DNA of 45,846 bases. It comes from Thraustochytrium aureum. Its lineage: Eukaryota. Location: assembly GCA_012862495.1 (NCBI GenBank), contig BLSG01000121.1, forward strand, positions 67,434 to 113,279. Reading direction: 5' to 3'. This document shows positions 23,101-34,864 of this stretch, one piece after another. The notes beneath the pieces were generated by a model. That model was not told where the DNA came from. It was given only the letters and a program-made list of their open reading frames with translations, and did no database searches. Numbering within the stretch: the first letter of the stretch is position 1; each line of letters opens with the position of its first letter. The translations under genes were made by a program, and so were the position numbers.

Positions 23101-26100
23101 CCGCACCAACTAGGCCAAGTCCTGGACGAGATGGCAGAGTGGGGCTTTCCGCCAAGCGAGGAACTCGCCCAAGCGCAATCTATTTACCGGCTCCTTCGCG
23201 CGATCCGCGAGGCCGTGCGGGCGCGCGACGTGTCGTCACTCCGCACGGCGCTCAATGACCCCAAGTTGCCACCGTGGAACCGCCCCGCCGACGCTCTGGC
23301 CCTGCTCAAGGAACTGGAGCCTGAGGAAGCGGTGCGCAAAGCCATCGAGGCTGGGCGCCTCGATGGCATCAAGGGGGCTCTTGCCAAATTGCCGCCCTCT
23401 GCGCCAAGGCAGCTGCGCGCAGAAGCGGATGAAGCCATGGAGCGGATCCGGGTGATCGAGCGGCTCGAGGCCAGCTGTGCGACGAGCGATGTTGAGGCGC
23501 TTCAGAGCATCGTATCCAGAGCCACGGAACTCAACCTGCGTCGCGGTCAGGTGAGCGCGCTCGACCGTGCGTATCGAATTCTCGAGTCGTCCGGCGGCGA
23601 GAGCAAATTCCTTTCTGCCCTCAGCGCGAGCCTCGAGACAAAGAGCGCAGCAGGTCTCTTCGCGCTTGCAAAAGAGTCCGAAGCACAGGGCGACCACGAA
23701 ATGGCGCGACGCGCCCGCGAGGCCGGCGAGCGCGTGCAGAATGAGGCCGGCTTGCTCTCCAAGCTGGCCAAGTGTTCAACTGGGCCGCAGGTCATCGAAG
23801 CTGCGCAGAAAAGCAAGTCGGCACTGGCGCCCAAAGTGGCCGAAGCAGCTCGCCGCATCGAAGCCACGCTTTCTGATGTAGATGCAGCGCGCTCTGCTCT
23901 CGAGAGCGCACGGGCGCTCGCGATAGAAAGCCACTTGGTGGGCATGGTCCCGCGTATCGAGAGAGCAACGCTCTTTGTGGACGAGCGCGCCAAGCTCGAG
24001 GCCCAGCTCCGCGAGGCTGTGCAGGTGAACGACCAGGGTCGCATGCTTTCCCTCATGGATGCCATCGAAGCGACGTTTGAGGGCTTGAAAGAGGACATCG
24101 CCAACAAGAGCCAGGTCTTGCAAACGTGCAGGTTTCTTGTCGACCGCGGCGCGCGCGCCAGTGAGCTGCAGCGGGACCTCGATAAGGCCATGGAGGAGGG
24201 CGATCTCGACCTTCTCAACAGCGCGCTTGCCTCGGTCGCGGAAGCTGGAGTGACGCTTGGACCCCAAGTGCAGGGCAAGGTCCAGGCGGCACTTGAGCGA
24301 CTTGAGGCGGAGCGCGAAGAATTCGGCCAAGTGTGCGCGGAGGCCAAGGTGGTCTCGAGCAAAGCGCAGTCCAGCCGTGGTGTTACTGCGGCCGACCTTG
24401 AGCTGCTTCGCACCGCGATCAGAGCAGCCGGCGACTTTGGCGCGGACGCAAAAGGCGCGCCCGCGGATATCCGCAAGGCGCACGCTTTGCTCAAGCGCCT
24501 GCGCGAGCAAATCGCCGTGCAAGATGCGCTAAAAAACGCACTTGAGAGCGGCTCGTACCGCGACCTCCGGACAGCACTATCGAGAGCTCAGGAGATGGAC
24601 TTGGAGCGGCTCGAGCTGGTTGAGCGCGTCCGCGTGGCCCTGCGCGAGCGTGACCTTGAGCGGCGCGCCGCCCAGCGCGCGGCGCACGAGGCAGGCGTTC
24701 CGTTCGTAGATGACGAGCTCAACAACCATCAGGTGAGCGGCGAGCGGGAAGGCGACGCAGAGGCGGAAGCGGCAGAAGCGGCCCGAGACGAAGACGAGGC
24801 GCACGCCGCGTTGCTGGAGCGGCGTGACCGGGCGCGCAACGTTCGATTTGACTTTACAAAGTTTGACAAGATCCGCTCGGACGAAAGCTTTACAAGGGGG
24901 TTATTCATGCTCGTCCGCGGCCGCGCCAAGAAGGAGAAGTGCATGCACCAGTCCACTGTAATCAACAAGTCCATTACCGAGCTTGGGGCCGACAAGGAGA
25001 TCAACAAGGAGGCGGTGCGGGTCCACCGCGCGATCCTTGGGTACTGCGGGGAAAAATCGATGGCCTTCCCTGCCGCGCTGGCGCGGGACGTGCTCGCCAA
25101 GGGGCTCGACCGGATCGACCTGGTGGACGAGATCTTTGTCCAGCTTTGCAAGCACCTCACCATGAACGCGCGGCCCGAGTCGGTCGGCAAGGCGTGGCAG
25201 CTCATGTGCATGGCCGTGGGCACTTTCCCTCCGAGCAACGAGCTCGAGCCCTACCTCCTCAACTTTTTGCTTCGAAACGCTGACGTACCCGGGCTCATTG
25301 GCAACTACGCCAATTTTGCGCTTCGGCGGCTTGAGGGCATGATTGAGACGGGGAGCTCCGGCTTCCTTCCCAGTGTGGAGGAGATCAAAGCCTTCAACGA
25401 CAGGCCGCCGATCTTGGCCAAGGTTGAGCTCCCCGACGGAACCGTCCTCGCCGAGGAGCTCCCGGTTACACCAGATCTTGACGTGGCCAAGGTGAACGAA
25501 ATCTGCGCCCACTTCGTTGGCCTGACGGATCCGCGGACCTCAACCTTTGGGATCACCATTGACGGCAAGTATCCGCTTCGGGGAGCGGACTTTCTTGGTG
25601 ATGAGTTTGTCCGCGCAACGCGAGAGCGCGTTCCGCTTCGCTTGGTGTTCAGACGCAACATTGTGCTCAAGTTGCCTGGCCGGGACGAGCCGAGCGAAAC
25701 AGACGCGATGTTCAACCGGCTGGTTTATTTGCAGGCACAAGCGGACTTTGTCGAGGGCCGCTTCAACGACGAGATAAGCGACGAGGAGGTTGTCGAGCTT
25801 GTGGCCGAATCGCTTGCGGTTGACTTTGGCGAGGACTTGCCAGAAGATGCCTTCTCCGAGCAGGCGCTCAGCGGCTATGCCCCCCCTCTGCCGATCGGTT
25901 TGAGCTTTGGTGCGCTTGCAAAACGGACCGCCGCGTCGTACGAGGCCGCCAAGCTGGGCCAGAAAGACGCAGAGGATCTCCAGCTTTCGTTCGTGAACAA
26001 GGTCAAGAACAAGGCGCAGTATGGAAGGCATGTTTTCCCCACCGAGGACCGCGGCCCTGTCTCCGTCGACTCTGAGGGTATTCACTACGAAGGCCAAGTG

Positions 26101-26301
26101 TGCACGTTCCCGTCCGTGTTTCGCTGGGGCGGGTCGGCGCGTTCGTTCACTCTGGTGTTGTGGAACCCTGAGACGCAAGACAGCAAGCGAGAAGAGACTT
26201 TCCACACGACGCACGGGACGCGCATCGGTGGCGTTTTGCTCGAGATGATCAACCACATCATGGACCTCGTTCCAGCGGCCCAGGAGCCCAACGAAGAGTA
26301 A
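20105..26301 (+). CDS. Unconventional myosin: motor + IQ + helical-repeat tail + MyTH4-FERM; frameshift at T3 21220-21222
   Basis: P-loop GESGAGKT, EAFGNAKTVRNDNSSRFGK, LDIFGFE, FIRCVKPN and GKTKVF. IQ motif IQAFVRMFAAR. MyTH4 DEIFVQLCKHLT...AWQLMCMAVGTFPPS, then a FERM-like C-terminus. Adding one T joins the ORFs as LGNVAFEEVDESGG. Confidence 0.93.
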
Positions 26302-26477
26302 AAAAAACACATAGCAAGTAGAAATCCACGTTTTCGTTTCCTTCGCCAGAACTGGGACTGGTTCGCGAGCGGGCGTCGCGCGGCCGCGAAGTAGAGCAGG
26401 TTCGGCAAGCCTGCAATCGCAACCAAAGCCAAAAATGGCGCATAGGGTTCTCCTGCTACGGTGGCAAGATCGAACCC

Positions 26478-26548
26478 ACAGCAGCAGCAGCAGCAGCAGC
26501 AGCAGCGGCAGCCAAGCAGCGGCAGCGGCAGCGGCAGCAGCGGCAGCC
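26478..26548. repeat. (CAG)n/(GCGGCA)n microsatellite between convergent genes
   Basis: About 9 CAG units followed by gcggca units. Confidence 0.9.
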
Positions 26549-26560
26549 AAGCAGCAGAAC

Positions 26561-27614
26561 TCAGAGCGGAAACCGAACCACACGGCCCGAAGTAGCCTCA
26601 AAAAGCGACACTTCCCGCGTGTCTTGGCGGATTACAAGCGCCGAGACCTGCGAGCCGCCAGCTTCTGGGACTTGAATGTCCCGGACGTGGCCACCAGCTG
26701 CTCCGCTCGGATCGATGACTGAGACGAGAGCGCTCTCGCACTCAAAGTCGAAGCGGGCCACATAGAGGAACCCGGTCTCGCTGTCATGCGCAAGCGCCGT
26801 AGGCCCGAGGCGCCCCGAGAACTGGTGCAAAACAGAGCAAATGTAAGGGCCGTGCGGACGCTTGTGGAGTCGAAGGACGCGGTTCTTCAGTGTCTCGCAA
26901 ACGTACACCGTTCCATCAGAGGCGACGGCGATCCCGCACGGGTGCGCAAGGCAATGGAGCGCGAGAGGGCGCAAGATCTGGCCGTTCTCATCGCGCGTGA
27001 TCGCAAAGATGCTTCCAGAGGGGTTCTCAATGGAAGACTCGCCTAAGGGGCCACTGTCGGTGAAAAAAAATGGTTCCGTCCGGGCCGAGCGCAATGGAGG
27101 AGGGCCCCAGCAAGCGCTCGTTTTCATAGTCCTGCACGATCGACACAAACTGGGTCCCGCCAACGTCGGCTTTGAGGATGGCGCAGTGCTCAACGTCTGC
27201 AACGTACAGGCGGCCTTCGCGAGCGTCGACGGCGATCCCAGTCGGCGACCCTCTGGTCGTGAGCGTGTGCAGGGCGCGGCTGTCCAGCCCGTCCGCGTCA
27301 AACTTGGCGACCTTGCCCCTCTGCGAGCTAAACCCCCAAAAGCAAGGCTCTGCGTCGGCTCCGTCTTCGGCGTACACGCCGCCGGAGAGGATGNNNNNNN
27401 NNNNNNNNNNNNNNNNNNNNNNNNNNNNNNNNNNNNNNNNNNNNNNNNNNNNNNNNNNNNNNNNNNNNNNNNNNNNNNNNNNNNNNNNNNNNNNNNNNNN
27501 NNNNNNNNNNNNNNNNNNNNNNNNNNNNNNNNNNNNNNNNNNNNNNNNNNNNNNNNNNNNNNNNNNNNNNNNNNNNCCCTCTTCAGAAGGGTCTCCGTCG
27601 CGGATGACCTCCAT
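26561..27614 (-). CDS. SMP-30/gluconolactonase/LRE-like six-bladed beta-propeller; spans gap 27394-27576; frameshift at A8 27063-27070
   Basis: Blade motifs GSPTGIAVD...LYVAD, GPSSIALGPDGTIFFTDSG (after removing one T), HPCGIAV..DGTVYVCET.KNRVLR and GPTALA...LYVA. Start ATG 27614 is tentative. Confidence 0.8.
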
Positions 27615-28291
27615 TCCCTGGGCCCCGAGAGAAACTCCAAACTCGACCGGACTCGCAGCTGCGCGTGGCACAGCAGAGCCGCCTAGCTCCTGCTCTGTCT
27701 CTGTCAATGCCGCTGGCAGCACAACGACAGCGACTGCTGCTGGTGTTGATGCTGTGCTGCTGGTGTTGATGCTGCGCTGCAAGAAGAGGCTCGCAAAAAT
27801 ACCGTTGATGTCCGTTTCGACGACCAGTCGATGAGCGCTCGAGGTGAGCGGCGACGCTGTTTGGCTGAGCACGCACGGTCCGAGGGCGATGCCAGATGCG
27901 AGGTTGACTTTGGTGGATTATAAAGCGCAGCCGGGGGCTCGAAGTGCCACCTTTATCGCCGCGACGCCGCGGTCAGTTTGCTTGTATTGAAGCACGAGTC
28001 GCGCCAGTGTAGCGAGCGCATCCCAGGTTGCTCTCTAGAGCTAGAGCTCTCTACAAGACACAGGTAGACAAGACAGAGAGATGCGGGACAACTTTCACCA
28101 CGGAGCTGGAAAGATGAGGCTTTCTTTCAGCAGCAAGGCCACTGGATCGTTCCGACAAGGCGCGAGGCGCTTTTGGCGACCACGGGTTCAAGCTTGCGTG
28201 GCTGGTTCGCAACTTGCCACCCCCAAAAAACAACTGATAGAGCTCAGCTGATAGAGCTTCAAAGCCGGCCAGGGCTCGGTAAGTAACTGCG

Positions 28292-29104
28292 TCAGTCTGT
28301 TGGGTTTTGCGTAGTGAGCAGTGAGGGCTGCGGATGGCGGTGCGAAAACGCTGCACGCGCATCTGTTGACAACGATAGTGGAATCGTCCTGGACGTCCCT
28401 TGCCGACTGAGGCTGCTCCGAGAGAGCAGTACGAAAGCGAAAGCTAAATAGCAGCGAGAAGCGAGGTACACCACGCTGACGACAGACCACTGAATCGGGC
28501 CCAGGAAGGGTACATCGGTGATCCCAATCAAAATTGTTCCCAAGACCACCAAGACGAGAGCAAACGACGTTCTGATCATATCACGCTGTTGCCGTTTGAT
28601 TCTCAGCGAAAGGATGTCGTTGCTGAGAGTGCAGGTCACCACCTCCTTCAAAACCCTGGTGAAGAATAGACCTTCGCGGACGAAAAACACTGCGAAGGCG
28701 AGCTGCATGAGCGTGTACGTGCCCGCGATGGCATTCCGCGACTCGACGACGAAGTGACTATTCTCGATAGAGATGTATGCAAGGATGCCGTCAAACACAA
28801 AGACACCCAGGGCGACGGCAACGATTAAGCGCTTGGTTGACAGGATTGTTGTTCCGATCTTGCTCCAGGTTGTCGTACCGAGTACTTTCCGAAACTCGGC
28901 ATACTGCAAGGCCACGAGCGGGGCGCATCCAACTGCCTGACCCATGAATAAACTCGAAAAGGCGTCGCGGACTCGCGACTTTGCGTTCCCTGTGGCCCAC
29001 CAACCCTCGTAGAATAGAAACCCGGAGAGGACGGTCGTGTTGATGAGATTGAGAACCAGGATGCCCGTCTGTACTTGCGCCATCGGTGTCCATGCGGAGA
29101 ATGG
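28292..29104 (-). CDS. Orphan 7TM protein, tandem copy 1 (5' part in gap 29105-29887)
   Basis: TM2-TM7 align with copies 2 and 3: WTPMAQVQ, FYEGWWATGNA, PLVALQYAEFR, QQRDM, ITDVPFLGP, AFAFVLLSRS. Confidence 0.8.
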   Translation of the reverse strand, partial: PFSAWTPMAQVQTGILVLNLINTTVLSGFLFYEGWWATGNAKSRVRDAFSSLFMGQAVGCAPLVALQYAEFRKVLGTTTWSKIGTTILSTKRLIVAVALGVFVFDGILAYISIENSHFVVESRNAIAGTYTLMQLAFAVFFVREGLFFTRVLKEVVTCTLSNDILSLRIKRQQRDMIRTSFALVLVVLGTILIGITDVPFLGPIQWSVVSVVYLASRCYLAFAFVLLSRSSLSRQGTSRTIPLSLSTDARAAFSHRHPQPSLLTTQNPTD

Positions 29105-30242
29105 NNNNNNNNNNNNNNNNNNNNNNNNNNNNNNNNNNNNNNNNNNNNNNNNNNNNNNNNNNNNNNNNNNNNNNNNNNNNNNNNNNNNNNNNNNNNNNNN
29201 NNNNNNNNNNNNNNNNNNNNNNNNNNNNNNNNNNNNNNNNNNNNNNNNNNNNNNNNNNNNNNNNNNNNNNNNNNNNNNNNNNNNNNNNNNNNNNNNNNNN
29301 NNNNNNNNNNNNNNNNNNNNNNNNNNNNNNNNNNNNNNNNNNNNNNNNNNNNNNNNNNNNNNNNNNNNNNNNNNNNNNNNNNNNNNNNNNNNNNNNNNNN
29401 NNNNNNNNNNNNNNNNNNNNNNNNNNNNNNNNNNNNNNNNNNNNNNNNNNNNNNNNNNNNNNNNNNNNNNNNNNNNNNNNNNNNNNNNNNNNNNNNNNNN
29501 NNNNNNNNNNNNNNNNNNNNNNNNNNNNNNNNNNNNNNNNNNNNNNNNNNNNNNNNNNNNNNNNNNNNNNNNNNNNNNNNNNNNNNNNNNNNNNNNNNNN
29601 NNNNNNNNNNNNNNNNNNNNNNNNNNNNNNNNNNNNNNNNNNNNNNNNNNNNNNNNNNNNNNNNNNNNNNNNNNNNNNNNNNNNNNNNNNNNNNNNNNNN
29701 NNNNNNNNNNNNNNNNNNNNNNNNNNNNNNNNNNNNNNNNNNNNNNNNNNNNNNNNNNNNNNNNNNNNNNNNNNNNNNNNNNNNNNNNNNNNNNNNNNNN
29801 NNNNNNNNNNNNNNNNNNNNNNNNNNNNNNNNNNNNNNNNNNNNNNNNNNNNNNNNNNNNNNNNNNNNNNNNNNNNNNNNNNNNNNNACACTTTGAGGCC
29901 ATTTTTTCATGGGAGCTGTTTCGAGTCTGTGTCGCCTTGACATCGTAGCATTATGAGCGAGACCCTGCGACACAGAGAACGATGGGAAGGGGAACGACTG
30001 CAATGTAGAATCGTTTAGACCTCGGGCAGTGCCACGAGGAGGAGTGCGTTGGAGAATCTGCGAATTGCACGTTTATGCGAGCGTTCTAGCTAGACAGAGA
30101 TTACTGCTGGCTAAAAGTTAATTGTCATTATGATTGAGGAGCAGTCCAATCGCAAGTTGCGCAGCAGGGTCGGCGCTGCGATGGCATCGTTTGCTTTCAT
30201 TCTCCTTCACAAGCAAAATGCAGGTTGGTTTGAAACGGGCGC

Positions 30243-30259
30243 AACGGATCCTATCCGTT
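30243..30259. promoter_or_regulatory. Palindromic element AACGGAT-cct-ATCCGTT upstream of 7TM copy 1
   Basis: Perfect 7-bp inverted repeat with a 3-bp spacer. The same 15-mer recurs at 31927-31941. A regulatory role is inferred. Confidence 0.4.
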
Positions 30260-30422
30260 CAGCGATCAATGAGCAAATACCAAAAAGAGGACAACCCGAG
30301 TCGATGTGCGACGCTACCTACTCCACATTGGTAAACGCACGCGGGCGCGGAAGACGGTGAGCTTTAACTTTAAAAGTAGAGTAAGGTCGCTCTCCATGCA
30401 TTGCAGTGGTGGCGGGCCACGA

Positions 30423-31205
30423 TTAAGAACGTGGGGGCAGCACGTCCACCACCGCAAGAGAAGGCTGAGGTTGTGGCAGCGTCGCGACGGATGTCCGTGG
30501 CCGTCGCGCGAGGTTGCTCCGCGAGAGTAGTACGAACGCCAACGCAACATACCAGCGGGCAACTAGATACACCACGCTCACGACAAACCATTGCACCGGG
30601 CCGAGAAAGGGTACATCGGTGATCCCAATCAAAACTGTGGCGCAAACGAAAAGGGTCAGCGCTACCGAGGCTCTAGTCATGTCGCGCTGCTGCCTTTGGA
30701 TCGAACGTGCCAGCAAGTTGCTGTTCTTGTTGTCCTTCACCAAGGCGGAGAGGATCCTGGAAAAGAAGCGACCCTCGCGCACAAAGAACACTGCAAAGGC
30801 CAGCTGTACAAGCGTGTACAGGCCGGCGAGAATGTCTCGCGACTCGGCGACAACGACATCGCTCCTGATGGTGATGATAACAATCACGGTATCAAGGAGA
30901 AAGACGCCGAGGGCGACAGAGATTACTGGACCCCTCGAAGACAGGATGCGAGGTCCGCTCTTGAGAGGAGCTGTTGCCCCAATCAATTTTCGGAACTCGG
31001 CATACTGCAAGGCCACGAGCGGGGCGCATCCAACTGCCTGGCCCATGAATAAACCCGAAAAGGCGTCGCGGACTCGCGACTTTGCGTTCCCTGTGGCCCA
31101 CCAACCCTCGTAGAATAGAAACCCGGAGAGGATAGTCGTGTTGATGAGAGTGAGAACCAGGATGCCCGTCTGTACTTGCGCCATCGGTGCCCATACGGAT
31201 AACAA
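30423..31205 (-). CDS. Orphan 7TM protein, tandem copy 2 (5' part in gap 31206-31845)
   Basis: Same motifs as copy 1 at an offset of 2101 bp; frame open from the gap to TAA at 30423. Confidence 0.8.
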   Translation of the reverse strand: MLSVWAPMAQVQTGILVLTLINTTILSGFLFYEGWWATGNAKSRVRDAFSGLFMGQAVGCAPLVALQYAEFRKLIGATAPLKSGPRILSSRGPVISVALGVFLLDTVIVIITIRSDVVVAESRDILAGLYTLVQLAFAVFFVREGRFFSRILSALVKDNKNSNLLARSIQRQQRDMTRASVALTLFVCATVLIGITDVPFLGPVQWFVVSVVYLVARWYVALAFVLLSRSNLARRPRTSVATLPQPQPSLAVVDVLPPRS

Positions 31206-31926
31206 NNNNNNNNNNNNNNNNNNNNNNNNNNNNNNNNNNNNNNNNNNNNNNNNNNNNNNNNNNNNNNNNNNNNNNNNNNNNNNNNNNNNNNNNNNNNNNN
31301 NNNNNNNNNNNNNNNNNNNNNNNNNNNNNNNNNNNNNNNNNNNNNNNNNNNNNNNNNNNNNNNNNNNNNNNNNNNNNNNNNNNNNNNNNNNNNNNNNNNN
31401 NNNNNNNNNNNNNNNNNNNNNNNNNNNNNNNNNNNNNNNNNNNNNNNNNNNNNNNNNNNNNNNNNNNNNNNNNNNNNNNNNNNNNNNNNNNNNNNNNNNN
31501 NNNNNNNNNNNNNNNNNNNNNNNNNNNNNNNNNNNNNNNNNNNNNNNNNNNNNNNNNNNNNNNNNNNNNNNNNNNNNNNNNNNNNNNNNNNNNNNNNNNN
31601 NNNNNNNNNNNNNNNNNNNNNNNNNNNNNNNNNNNNNNNNNNNNNNNNNNNNNNNNNNNNNNNNNNNNNNNNNNNNNNNNNNNNNNNNNNNNNNNNNNNN
31701 NNNNNNNNNNNNNNNNNNNNNNNNNNNNNNNNNNNNNNNNNNNNNNNNNNNNNNNNNNNNNNNNNNNNNNNNNNNNNNNNNNNNNNNNNNNNNNNNNNNN
31801 NNNNNNNNNNNNNNNNNNNNNNNNNNNNNNNNNNNNNNNNNNNNNGCACTGGAAGGACATGTTCCAATCCGGTGTTTGCGCCGCTCGGCGACACGTGCAA
31901 ATTCCACAACCTTTCAATTGTAAACT

Positions 31927-31941
31927 AACGGATCCTATCCG
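31927..31941. promoter_or_regulatory. Second copy of AACGGATCCTATCCG, upstream of 7TM copy 2
   Basis: Exact 15-bp match to 30243-30257 in otherwise dissimilar spacer DNA. Confidence 0.4.
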
Positions 31942-32137
31942 GTTGTCACTTTTTGCACCGCCATCTCATTGCGAGCCATGTTGAGGGAACGAACTCTGCA
32001 GAGTCTGTCCGTTGGACGCTGAGGCACTCATCACTTTGCTTCGCAACAGCCGTTCCAAAATCGAGCTCGGCCCATGACGAGCCAACACCCCCCCCCGCAA
32101 GTTGCACACGGAGGCGCGTCAGGACTTGGCGAGTCCG

Positions 32138-33699
32138 TCAGGACTTTAAGGGTCCTTGGGAGGTTCGCAGCAGCAAGTTGGCGCGGCTGGACAGCCTTCG
32201 CGTGATCGCACCATGGTCCACTGTCGGCAACCTGGAAGGTCTTACCGCACGCTGGGCGAGGTTGCTGCGCCCGATGAGCACGAAGGCGAAGGCAATGTAG
32301 CAGCGACAGAAAACGAAGGATGAGCCAACAAGCGTCCACTCGACTGCGCCGCTGAACGGGATGGAGGTGAGTCCGAAGATAGCAGAGGAGCTTACCATGA
32401 GAATGATTGCAATCGCAGCACGGAGCATGTCCCGCCTCTGCTTTTGAATCCTGCGGCAAAGGGTGGCACTGCTGAGCTTGTTGTTGACCATGTTTCGAAG
32501 CGTTCCAGAGATGCGCGATGCTTCAAGCAAAAAGTATGCAGCAGAGACGAGCTGCAGGGTCGTGAAAGCAATCGAGAGGGCGAATTGGGCGTCGACGGGG
32601 TTGAAAAGGCGTGCGCCAGCCGCCAAAATGTATGTGTAGTCGAGCAATGACACGACGAGCGCCAGGGCGATGATTCGCCATTTGGAAGAGAGGATTAGCT
32701 TGCTTGCGCCGGCCCCAACCACCCCCCGAAACTCGGCGTACTGGAGCGCCACAAGCGGGCCGCAGACGGCCGCCTGGCCCAGAAATAGGTTCGCGATTGC
32801 GTTGCGCACTTGTGCGCTTGCGTTGCCGACGGCCCACCAGCCTTCGAAGAACAAGAAGACTGCAGCAGCCGTCGCCGATGTTGCATTAATCAGCAAGATA
32901 AGCACTTGTACCTGCGCCATTGGCGTCCACACGGAAAACCTGCCCCTGTTGGTTGACTTGTGCTCGAGGAGAAAGGCCGTCGCCGCCAGGCTGACAAGCA
33001 AAAACATCAAGGGTGCGAGATAGCGCAGGAAAACGTGGTATGCCACGCTTCCGAAGAGGGCCTCGAAGGCGGAGCCATCGTCGTATACTTCGAGAATCAT
33101 CCCCGGCCGTGCTTGGTGAAGCGCGAGCTGCATCCATTCCAGAGGAAGGTCGCACTCCAGGAACGTGGCTTGCAGGGCAGCAACTGCTCCTCTTGGCTCG
33201 TCGAAGTCGCTCGTGAACCGGAATCCGCGCGGCGTGTCGCGTGAAAGAACAGCAGCAGAAAGGTTGAGGTGCTCCGCCACGTATAACCAGTTGTGCGCTT
33301 CAATATCTTCGCTTGCCAGGCATGGAAAGTCGTCGCGCCAAGTCGGCCCGCCAAACGCCCGCGACGCGGCGTTCTTCAAGTCGAGCAATGCAAATCCTCC
33401 AAGCCTGCCGGGCTGGCACACGAGGGCTGGCGTCAGGTCGCGCAGGACCTCGAGCTTCACCGGCTGCCGGGCTTGGTTGCCGACAAATCTGCTGGCCAAG
33501 CTGCAAGTTCCCCGGAGCCCCTGCTCTGCCAGGCTCCTTGGTTCGACGAGCTTTGTGCGCCCATCGGGCGACGCAGAGTTGAAAACGCTGCGCGCGGCGG
33601 CCCACTGGTCTCCAGCAGAGGCCAGGCAGCAGCAGTCGCTTGCAGCAGCAGCAGCAGTAGCAGGTCCGCCAGCCGCCGCGCAGTTCCCCTTGCACGCAT
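32138..33699 (-). CDS. Orphan 7TM protein, tandem copy 3 (complete): signal peptide + about 190-aa ectodomain + 7 TM; frameshift probably near 33625
   Basis: ATG 33699 gives MRARGTARRLADLLLLLLLQATAAA. Adding one base joins it to LASA/GDQW... of ORF 32138..33979. Seven hydrophobic segments run from YHVFLRYLAPLMFLLV to CYIAFAFVLIG. Confidence 0.75.
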
Positions 33700-34827
33700 C
33701 GTGCCGCCGCTGCTCCGGAACAACGGGCACGGTCGCGCGCGGCTCAGAATCGAGTTCGAGGGCATGAGGGCATGAGGGCATGAGCACTAAAAACTGATTC
33801 TTCGCAACCGTGGGCTCTGGAGGCCGTTCGTGAAACCCCGTGCGATGGCGGCCGTCGCGGAGGCAACTCGGGGTATCTGCTGCGTTTTTGCAAGCGCTGG
33901 TGGGCGGCGGAATACGAGGTTTCACGGACAGCGCACCCCGAAAGAAAGTGCTCGCACAAACCCCGCCGATGTCCTCCAACGGAACTCCTCCTGTCCGTTA
34001 CGAGGTGCGTGTGCGTTCCGCTGAGCAGTTCCAGCCTGGCACGCCCAACGTTTTGTGTCATTTTTTCATTTTTTCGGGACCAGAAGATCATCATCGAGCT
34101 CGCTGCTGCGGATGGTGGCGCTCGTCGCGGATACACACCGCCAACGCAACGGAAGACCGGCCTGGGCCTCGCACAACGGTGTGCTTCGCGTCTCTCCGCA
34201 TCCATCCCGGCCAGGCCCATCGGCCAAGCCAGCGCGCAAGCACACCTCTGTCCTTGCGCGCGAGCGGCCGAGAGGGCTTGCAAGCATCCAGTCCACGATC
34301 CAGCATGAATGAATGAATGAATGCACGCGAGAGGCACCGACCGAAACAAATCAGTCTTGGCCGGGGAGTGCCTCGCTCGCGCGCACGATGAAGACCCACC
34401 ACCACCACACCGACGCTCACAGCAGTCCAACCGGCGAGCGCTCGAGCTCCACTGCGACCTCACGCATGCAGGCCGGCACGCAGGCCGGCAAGGCCGGCAA
34501 GGCATGCAAGGCCGGCAGGCAGGTCAACGCACGACCAAATCGATCAATGGCTGGCAGTTGCAGCGCCGAGTGAGGCGGCCGGCCGGCCAGGCTGGCACAG
34601 GTGGTCGTTTGCATCGCCTCCGTTTCCCCCTCCCTTGTCCCCCTGGAAGCCGCTGGAAGCAAGAAAGCAAGCAACGATCGTTGGTGAGTGAGTCCCTCTG
34701 ATCTGAGCGAGTTTACCCCGCCTTACCATGAGTGAGGAGCACGTGAATGAAGGAATGAATGAAGGCATGCATTGAACAGATAGCGAGATGTATGTGAATA
34801 CGCGAGATGCATCCTGTGCATGAAGGC

Positions 34828-34833
34828 AGCAAG

Positions 34834-34864
<31 letters not shown>

